Positions 1 through 29,327 of a DNA stretch of 64,000 bases are shown here, piece by piece. Where the stretch lies: assembly GCF_009914755.1 (NCBI RefSeq), contig NC_060931.1, one strand, 5' to 3'. The DNA comes from the human T2T-CHM13v2.0 reference genome, Homo sapiens. The position numbers and the translations under genes were made by a program. The notes beneath the pieces are model-generated. The model was not told the DNA's origin, made no database searches, and was given only the letters and a program-made list of their open reading frames with translations. Every line of letters begins with the position of its first letter. The first letter of the stretch is position 1.

Positions 1-701
1 CACATCAGCAGATAAGGGCCATCGCTCTAAGAACACAGTCTTGTCCCAGTGCAGGTACAAGGAGGGCTCAGAAGTCTGGCTGGGAGCATTCCTGCCATCC
101 CTACTGAGGAGCCGCCACTGTGGACCAGGACACCCCATGGGTATAGGAGCAGACTCCCAGAGTATAGACACTGCTTTTCTTTTCACAGTCTCCCGAATTT
201 TCTCTTGGGTTCCTGCTTAGAGGAGCAGAGAAAACCAAACCGACAAATCGCCAATCTTGGAGTCAGATCTGGATTTGAATTCTGACATCATCATTTGCCA
301 GCCGTGACTTTGAATATCACGTGTCCACTTCTCTATCCCATCCATATAACAGGAAATCTCTCTTGCAGAGCAGAGACAAGCACATGTTTAAAGATGATGG
401 TATAAAAGCAGTGCTGGATAGGAGCTGGTAGCTAGTTATTGATCATAGAACCCTCCAGGTCCTTTAACCACTTCAATAGCTGTACTCTTCGAGGATTTAA
501 CCTTCTGGGGCTCTCCCTGTATCCCTGTCCCATCCACACTCCAGAGTAACCTCATCTAGGCCATTTGGGGCTGGCAGTTCCAAATTTTTGCCTCTGGCCT
601 GGGCCTGTCATCCAACGTCAGGCCTCCCTTTGGGCACCTAATAATCTTCACTTCTCATGTAAACACGGGCACCTCTGCATGCCCCATTTCAGGAGCGGTA
701 A

Positions 702-956
<255 letters not shown>

Positions 957-1419
957 TGACCCTGTGAATTCTATTTCCCTAACCTCGCTGGAATCAGCCT
1001 CCTCCCTTTCCTGGACTGGTCTGTCTACCACCAGTTGCCATCTAGTCCTAAGTGATCACTTCATGCCCCTCCTCAGTTGACATCCTCAGGGACTCTCCTT
1101 CAGCATCAAGCTGCCACCCTCAGATGTGGTCCCCTGCACCTCCCTCCACAGGCTGGCCCCTGCCTGCCTCCTCACCTCACATCTCCCCAGTCACCTCCTC
1201 TGCTCCAAGGCATGGCAGGTTCCTGCCCTTCTCTGAACAGGCCACTCTGTTTGAACATGTCTCTGTGTCTTTAAATAGCCCTCTTTTCCCCACTGAAGCC
1301 CTGTCCCTCCCACCACGAATAAAGATGATCTTTGTCTTCTTTAAAACTTGCCATAAGTTTGCAAAACACAGGATGCAGTCTGTAATAGCCTATCATTTGT
1401 ATTTGAAAAAAAAAAAATG

Positions 1420-2074
1420 GGGCCAGGCATGGTGGCTCATGCCTGTAATCCCAGCGCTTTGAGAGGCTGAGGTGTGTTGGGAGAAAAGCTGAGTGTTGGG
1501 AGAGAAGCTGAGGCTTGCATGTCTGCTAGACTTGCTGGCTCCTTGCTTCTAGCACTCATGTTATCTCAAGCAGCCATATGTTTCTTATTCATTTGATACA
1601 CTGTTTCCTTTCAATCCCCACATCCTCACCACCTGTTTGTTTGTTTGAGCACCAATAAATAGCATGGGCTCCCAGAGCTCAGGGCCTTTGCAGCCTCCAC
1701 ACTCGTGATGGCCCCCTGGTCCCACTTTCTCTCTCAAACTGTCTTTTTCTCATACCTATGACTCCACTGGACTTCGTCGCCCCCACGACCTGGTGTTGGG
1801 TCTGATCACCCCAACAGAGGCGGGCGTATTACCTGAGCTCAGGAGTTTGAGACAAGGCTGGCCAACATGGGGAAACCCCGTCTTTACTAAAATACAGAAA
1901 ATTAGCCGGGCATGGTGGCAGGCCCCTGTAGTCCCAGCTACTCAGGGTACGAGAATCAGAGGCAGGAGAATCATTTGAATCTGGGAGGCAAAGGTTGCAG
2001 TGAGCCAAGATTGCACGACTGCACTCAAGTCCAGGTGACAGTGCAAGACTAAAAAAAAAAAAAAAAAAAAAAAA
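1420..2074 (+). mobile_element. AluS split by the LTR14A insertion
   Basis: Alu 5' end at 1420-1474; Alu resumes at 1817 and runs to a poly-A tail. Confidence 0.9.
1475..1816 (+). mobile_element. Solo LTR14A (HERV-K14/HML-1 LTR) inserted into an Alu
   Basis: TGTTGGGAGAAAAGCTGAG...GATCACCCCAACA termini, 342 bp, internal AATAAA at ~1654. 6-bp TSD GAGGTG/GAGGCG (1469-1474, 1817-1822). Confidence 0.85.
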
Positions 2075-2224
2075 TGAAAGCAGTGCATGTCTATAGATGC
2101 TTGTAAATGCATTAATATCTCTGGGAGGATGCCCAAGGCCATCTTTACCTCCAGGCTAGGCAGCTGGATGACAGGTGGATGTGGACGGGAGAAAGACCTA
2201 CTTTTCACTATCAACTTTGTTTTT

Positions 2225-9325
<7,101 letters not shown>

Positions 9326-10006
9326 TATATTGATCTTGCATTGTCCAATCTTGCTGAATGTGAACGTTTTTATACATTTACAATTTTTTTTATTGTACAC
9401 GTATATTATCTACTCACAACAATGGTGATATAAAAATCTCAGGTAGGCATTTATCCCCTAGGAAGCCTGCCGCACACCCCCACCAGGATTTACCTGAGGG
9501 AGGTAGGGGAGGGAAGCATTGGCCCATCTTAAGCTTTTTGGGAGCAGCAGAAGGAATCTCTGTCTCCCATAGGATGGGATAGAACACTGCCTAGCACATC
9601 TTAACCTCCTTAAATGACTTTACTGACAGAGTGAAGGAACAAGTGAAGCAGGGGTGAGCAAGGCAGCCGGCACCTTTTTCCTCTGAACAGCCCTGTTGCA
9701 GGCAGGCTTCCCTGCTGTCTAAGCCATGATCTGCCGTGCTGGAGCATTTACCTGCTCATTCTGGTTTTGCACTGTGGGCAGAGAGAAGACGCTAACCTTT
9801 CTTCCCCAAGACAGCCTTTCAGATAGATGTTAACAGCCAGAATGGCAGATGTACTTGGAAGGGTTTTTTAAAGTCAAGGAGAATAGAAATGCTTGTTGCT
9901 ATTTTTATCATCTTGGCTTTTAATCTCATACTATCCCCTGCCACATTTCTACTCTATGGATCCCACACCCTTCCTTGAAGGCAGTGGCTTCTTCACGGAT
10001 TCTCTA

Positions 10007-13055
<3,049 letters not shown>

Positions 13056-13375
13056 AGATGAAAGCCATTGCCCAAGATAAACAGTGACATGGTGACAAAG
13101 GCAGAACAGTCTTTGAAGCCCTGTTTATACCAGGGAAACCAGGGTCTGCCTCAGAGTCTCTGTGGCTACACGCTGTGCATACACTGCATACACAGGCTCG
13201 TGTGGGTGTGAGCCGGTGTGCAGGTGTGCACGCTGGCATGCAGGTGGACACACACCTGGCACTCAGCCAGCCCGGCTCCTGTCATGTCACATGCCACCAG
13301 CAGGAGACAAGGGCTGGGGTGGGATGGGGTCGGAAGTGGGCACTCAGGGCCTCCCCCTTGGGCCCCAGTTCCTAC

Positions 13376-13504
13376 CTGTGCAGCCGAAGGCCACGGTGCC
13401 CACAGCAGCCAGGTTGATGGCGTAGGCCTGGTCCCGAGAGAAGAGCTGCAGCCACACGTCACAGATGCTGATAAAAAGGAGAGGGCCCAAGGCTAAGAGG
13501 TAGC
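13376..13504 (-). CDS. SLC29A4: SLC29A4-like coding exon (129 nt), YLLALGPLLFISICDVWLQLFSRDQAYAINLAAVGTVAFGCT (TM3-4); last exon present
   Basis: AACAG acceptor and CAG|GTAGG donor. Within ORF 13344..13544. Confidence 0.92.
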
Positions 13505-13957
13505 CTGTTGGGGGAGAGGCCAGTGAGGGGAGTGGTGGAGCCAACTGGGTGGGGTCCCCCTCCTCCTCGCCCCTCCTGCAGAGTCGGTCTGAGGCTTTCT
13601 CTGCCCTTGCCCTTTAAGGAGGGCCAGGGATGCTTTACAAGTCTAACGGGCACCTGGAGGGCTTCCTGTAGGAGGCACCATTTGAGCCAGGCCTCGAAGC
13701 TGGATGTTGCCCTGCAGAGGAATGGGAAAGGAAGAACACACTGGGTGTGGGGAAGAGCTTGGGCAGGGCCCAGGGACATGACGTGGGGTACAGAGGCCCC
13801 ACCACGGTGTCTTAGACCAGACCCCAGGGCAGCCCTAGGAAGTGTGCCCATTTTACAGACGAGGGGAGTGAGGCTCAGGGAAACTGGGTGAGTGGGTGAC
13901 CGGCCAGGCAGGTGGGAGCCATGACAGGCAGGTGTCCCATGGCAGGGCCCAGCGCAC

Positions 13958-14071
13958 TTGCAGTGATCCTGGTGTGCAGGGTCAGTCTCTCCACCAGGAC
14001 GGTGTTCAGGAGCACGGCTGCCAGCGCCACCAAGATGTAGGTGAGGCTCATGTCAAACACAATGGAGGTCC
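13958..14071 (-). CDS. SLC29A4: SLC29A4-like coding exon (114 nt), TSIVFDMSLTYILVALAAVLLNTVLVERLTLHTRITA (TM2)
   Basis: CTGCAG acceptor and a weak GCAA|GTGCGC donor. Within ORF 13875..14195. Confidence 0.92.
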
Positions 14072-14330
14072 CTGCAGAGGACCAGAGACAGCGGGTGCTC
14101 AGGGAGGCCCCACCCTCTGCACTAACTCCTGCCGGGTGCAACCTCCCAGAAGGGGCTCGCTGCCCACAGAGGGTGAGTGGCTGCCCTGAGGTCACTCAGC
14201 AGCTCACAGTGGAGCTGAGATCTGAATAAAACAGGTCTCTGGGTAGGACCCTCCCCGCCGGGGGTTTCTGGGAGGCCCCAGGCCATGATGAGTATGCTGA
14301 GTGGCTGGGCGTGACCGTGGAGGGACCCAC

Positions 14331-14462
14331 CTGGGTACTTGTGATGCAGGTAGTCCACGTCCGTGATGAAGCTGTTGTATGGCAGCAGGAAGCCCACGCC
14401 AGACAGCAGCATCGCAAAGTAGATGGCGTGATAGCGGTCATTGGGCACTGGCTCCTCCAATG
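14331..14462 (-). CDS. SLC29A4: SLC29A4-like coding exon (132 nt), LEEPVPNDRYHAIYFAMLLSGVGFLLPYNSFITDVDYLHHKYP (TM1)
   Basis: TTTAG acceptor and CAG|GTGGGT donor. ENT-family motif GxGxLLPYNSFIT. Within ORF 14122..14502. Confidence 0.93.
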
Positions 14463-14709
14463 CTAAAGCAAGAGACACCAGGTGAGACGGGGCATGCTCC
14501 ATGCATGGCTACGGCCACCTCACAGGGCGATGTCCACCACCCCGGCCGCCATCACCATGGCCACTGTCCATCGCTGTGACCCCTGCTCCCCTCTGTTCCA
14601 GATACCTCTGTCATCTGGCCATTATCAAAGCCACCAAATGCTGTGGCTATGGCCACCACACCCACGCCCTCACAGCCACTGAAGCTACCAGCTTGATGGA
14701 CAGGAAATC

Positions 14710-16105
<1,396 letters not shown>

Positions 16106-16539
16106 TTAGCCCAGGTTTCTGAGCCTAAAGTACTAGCATAAACAACAGCTCCCCCAAAAAAGAACTATAGCTTACAGGGTGCCTCCTGAGTGCCAGGGAC
16201 AGGCCCAAGCAAGATTCTGTGGATTCTGATGCAACCACATTGACACAGTATCATCCCCCTCTTCCAAAGGAAGAGACCGAGGCTCAGAGAAGAACAGTGA
16301 CTTGACCAGGGGCTCCTGGTGGGTAAAGGATGGGAGGCAGGCTTGAACCCGAGCCTGTCAGACTCCAAGCCTGTTGGCCGTCCACTCTGCAAGTCTGATC
16401 TCAAAGGCAGTTGGCCCAGTTCCTCAACATAGTGAAACTGAGGCTCAGAGAGGTTTAGGCCCTTGCCTAAGGTCACACAACTGGGCAGAAAACCCAGGTC
16501 TTTGAACCTCACATCCAATCCTGTTCAGGCACTTTCCTG

Positions 16540-17110
<571 letters not shown>

Positions 17111-17232
17111 GGCACTACCTCCAGTCCTCCATGACCACCCATGGCTCCCCGATACCACAAGGCTTCACCGGGGGTCACACAGCCCACCCTGCTTTGGGGC
17201 AAGACCTGCACCTTACCCGCACCCCTACTTAC

Positions 17233-17401
17233 TGGTATCCGTGAAAGCTGGGACGCCCCTGGCCCTAAGGCCCTGGCCCTGAGCTGCCTCCGCCGCCTCC
17301 TCCAGCTGGTGACTGTCGAAGGTGACGCTCCTCACTATGCCCGGGTCTGGTGTGCCTGCCACACTGGGCTCCTCAAGGCACTGGCTCCCGACAGAGCCCA
17401 T
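17233..17401 (-). CDS. SLC29A4: SLC29A4-like coding exon with start codon (169 coding nt), MGSVGSQCLEEPSVAGTPDPGIVRSVTFDSHQLEEAAEAAQGQGLRARGVPAFTDT
   Basis: ATG at 17401 in a strong Kozak context (GCTGCCATGG). Upstream polypyrimidine tract with CAG acceptor at 17410-17408; GTAAGT donor at 17232-17227. Within ORF 17225..17497. Confidence 0.92.
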
Positions 17402-17805
17402 GGCAGCCTGTGCTTTGGAGAAAGCAGAGAGCAGGTGAGGGAAGAAGGGTGAGAAGACACCCCATGTCTTTTCACCCTTCTGGGGTGAGGGACCCATGGC
17501 TCATGCACTGACCCATAAAGCTTCTATCTGGAGTGACACATGTCACTTTGGTCACACTCATTGGCCAAAGCAAGCTATGCCTCACTGCAAGGGAGCCAGG
17601 AAAGTGCCTGAACAGGACTGGATGTGAGGTTCAAAGACCTGGGTTTTCAGCCCAGCTGTGTGACCTTAGGCAAGGGCCTAAACCTCTCTGAGCCTCAGTT
17701 TCACTACATTGATGCCATGCGACTGGGACTGTATCCCCTGGGGGGACCGTCCTTTCTGTCCATCCATAGGACATTAATTTAAGCAGATAAGCAATGTCAC
17801 CTGGT

Positions 17806-21130
<3,325 letters not shown>

Positions 21131-21449
21131 GCCCCTCACCACTTTGCAGGGAGGGCGACTGAGGCACAGAGAGGCCAAGTCGGGGGTAGGGGGGGTCATG
21201 CAGCTCAGACTGGAGCCTGGCCCAGTGACCCCCTCCGGCTCCTCCCATTTCCACGGGGACTGAAGTGCACAGGGGTCCTGAAAGTGGCCCAGGGCAGCTA
21301 GAAGCACTGGGCGTCGGGACCCCAAAGCCAGTCGCCTCACTCTGGGGCCGCGCTCCTCCGGCCAGCCAGGAAGGACCAGGGGAACCGAATTCCACTTGTA
21401 AAGCCAGCCTGGGCTCACACTCCTGGCTCAGTCACCAGCCCTGGTTAGT

Positions 21450-22365
21450 TGATGCCTGGTACACCCCTGGTCCCCGTTAACCGGGGCTAACGATGTCTCT
21501 GCTGCCCTTTCCGCAGCCCAGCGGTCTAAGCTGCTCCAACTCCTGTGGGGGTGGGTTTCAAGCCCCTCCAGCCACCCCCTTCCTGCAGCCCCCCGGGGAC
21601 CGATGCATGCAGGGGCCACAGGCTGGCCCCCCGGACCCACCGCCCTCCCCGGCCCGGGTCGCCGCGCCTTTCTGACGCCTGCCCGGCCTCATCAACTGCA
21701 AAGTTGGCTCGCGGACCTGTGCCCCCAGGCAAAGCACAGACCCCCTGGGCCGCCCCGAGGTGACCCCGGATCCCAGGCCCCGCCTCTCCCAGCCGCTTTT
21801 TCCGAGAACGAGGAAGGGGCCGGCGGGGGCAGGGGAGCGATGGGGTGGCGCGGGGGGGTCCGGGGAGGAGCTTCGTGCGGGAGGACCCCCGCGCGGTGCT
21901 CGGGGAGGCGGTGGCGCCGACCCCCTCCATGGCCAGGGCCCAGGGGTCCGGGTCAGCGCTTGTCGCCGGGCGCGGGGGGCTGGGCCGCTCAGGACGCGGC
22001 CGGGGTGGCCTCGGGTTCCCGGGACAGGGGCGGGCTGGGGAGAGGGGGCAGCGCCCGGGCAGGCGGTTGGCGGGGGGGCCGCGCGCGCCACAGACAAAGG
22101 CTCCGACAGGTCCCCGCCGGCGTCTCCCCGCGTCCCGCGGCCACCGCTTCCCTCGGCCCGGCCCGGCCTGGGGTCCTCGGCGCGCCCGCCATGCCGCCCC
22201 GCGCCTGACCCTGCGCGCCCGCGCCCCGCTCCCCCAGCCTCGGGCCGGGCGCGCCCGGCGTCCTCCGCCGGTCCCCGAGTCCGCCTGGCCCCGGTCCAGG
22301 AGCGCGGCGACGAGTACAGCCCAGGCCACCACGCCCCGCCTCCCCGCGCTCGGCCCCGCCCCGCC
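21450..22365 (-). promoter_or_regulatory. CpG-island promoter of the SLC29A4 copy, with Sp1 GC boxes
   Basis: Very GC-rich with abundant undepleted CpG, ~4.8 kb upstream of the ATG exon. CCCCGCC boxes at ~22334-22366. Confidence 0.85.
22210..22350 (-). other. Probable non-coding exon 1 of the SLC29A4 copy
   Basis: Candidate donor CAGG|GTCAGG at 22210/22209 just downstream of the GC boxes. The TSS position is inferred. Confidence 0.5.
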
Positions 22366-23160
22366 CTCCTCCTTCCTCCTCCTCCCTCAACCCTCTCGCT
22401 CCTCCCTCCTCCCTACCCCTCCTCTCCCCTCCCCTTCCTCCCCCCTTCCCTCCTCCCTTCACCCTCCTCTCCTCCCTCCTCCTTCTCCCTATTCCTCCTC
22501 CTCTCTTCCCCTCCCTCTCCATTCCTTCTCCTCTCTTCTCCTCCCTCTCCCTCCCCTTCTCCCTCCTCCCCACTCCTCCTCCTCTCTTCCCCCCTCCTCC
22601 TCCCTCCCCTTCTACCTCCTCTCTCGTGTCTCTCCCTCCTCCCCATTCCTCCTCTTCCCCTCCCTCTCCCTCCTCCTCCCACCCCTTCTCCCTCCTCTCC
22701 CCTTCCTCTCCATTCTCCCCACTCCTCCTCCTCTCTTCCCCTTCCCTTTCTCTCCTCCTCCCTCCCACTCCTCCCCATTTCTCTTCCCTCCCCCTCCCTC
22801 TCCCTCCTCCCACCCCTCCCCTCCTCCAAAGTCCTCCATTACCCTCCTCCTGCTCTCCTCCCTTCTCCCCTCCTCTCCACCCTCCTCCCTTTCTCCTCCC
22901 CACTCTTCCTCCCTTCCTGTCTCTCCCCTCCTCCCTCTCCCTCCCTCCTCCGCTTTCCCCATTCTCCTACTCAGTCCTCCCTCTCTCTTCCCTCCCTCCT
23001 CCCTTCTACCAGCCTCACTCCTCCTCCATCCTCCTCTTTTCTCCCCCTCCTCCCTCCCTCTCCTTCCCCTTCCTCTTCCCTCCCCTCTCCTCCATCTTCC
23101 CCCTCCCCCCCTCTGCTCCCATCTCCTTTCTTCCTTTCTCTCTCCCCCCACCCTTCCATC
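22366..23160. repeat. ~800-bp CT-rich low-complexity polypyrimidine/polypurine tract
   Basis: Almost exclusively C/T on the + strand (CCT/CTCC/CTTC units). Confidence 0.95.
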
Positions 23161-24404
23161 CAGCTGGGCTGTGCAGGGGCCAGGCCCAGGCTGAGGCTGA
23201 AATCAGGATCCCCAACACACCAGGATGTGGCATGGTGGCCCCGGGAGACCCAGGTGACCTGTGGCTGACCCAGCCCACCACCCCCGCTGCCCACCCCTCA
23301 GCCTTGGTGCCCAGGCCGCTCCCCCTAAACAGGTCCACTCACCTGGGAGGCCAGCAACGCCGCCAGTGGGTGGGTAGGTTCAGTCACGAGGCCACTGGGT
23401 GACCAGATTGAAAGTTTTGAAGGATGGGTAGGAGTTCACGTGCTGGAGAAGGTGCAGAGAGCGAGTCCAGCCAGGAGTGGGGGCTGTGGCCGACCCTCAG
23501 TCATGCCTTGCCCTCACTTGGTTCCTACCTCCACCTTTCTCCTCCCAGCTTGGGATCAGAACTGGCTAGGTTGCTTCCCATGACTCCCTTTGCCTGGAAG
23601 CCTCCGTTTTTCTCCCAGGTGAATGGAATCATGACCCCGCCCTATTCTCCCTCTACTCACCTGTAGCCTGGCTCTAGGGCAGACAGCGGAGCCCAGGGGG
23701 CCCAGGCATAGGACATCAGCCAGCCCTGGGGGGCTGCGAGTGTTACTGGCTGGGAGAAGGGTCCAGCCTCAAGGTGAAATCAGGAACCAGGTGGGAATCA
23801 CACCTGTCCTGGGTCCCTGTGGGGGCCTGTCTATGGGGATCAGGAGAGACCCTCTAGGTCCGAGCCACCAGGTGGGATGGATACAGGTGCCTGCCCAGAC
23901 TCCTACCGGAGGCCCTTCCTTCACTTTCCACCAGATCAGTTCCTTCTCCCCCTTAAGCAACATCTCCATTGTCAGCGCTCCAGGGAGCCCCCAGGGTTTC
24001 TTCTGCCCCGCCACCAATGGGGTCAGCACCTTTGCTCCAGGCCTTGCCCATCCCTTCTAAAGGACTGGGAGCCCCCTGAAAGTAGAGACCTGCTTTCATT
24101 CTCTTTGGATCCTCAGTGCTCAGTGAGGCATACAGAGGCTGGCATACAGCAGGAGCCAAATATTTGCTTGAAGGGCAGACTGCATTGGGAGCTGAATAAG
24201 GAAGTGTTGAGTGAAGTGACTCCATTCACCTGGGAGCCTCCGTTTTTCTCCCAGGTGAATGGAATCACCTGGTGGCGGGGGCTGCTGACACACTTTTAGG
24301 GCGGGACACCCCTCTCCTTCCTCTGCTGCTGTCTAGGTGGAGGTGGGGGGTGCCACTGCAGGGGGGCCCAGTCCATTGCTCCAACTAGTTAATCTTAAAG
24401 TTCA

Positions 24405-29327
<4,923 letters not shown>

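Noticed and set aside
21760-23402. Long ORFs (502, 449, 304, 258 aa) across the CpG island and CT tract
   Set aside because: Artefacts of GC-rich, low-complexity sequence lacking stop codons; Pro/Ser/Leu or Gly/Arg/Glu runs appear in multiple frames.
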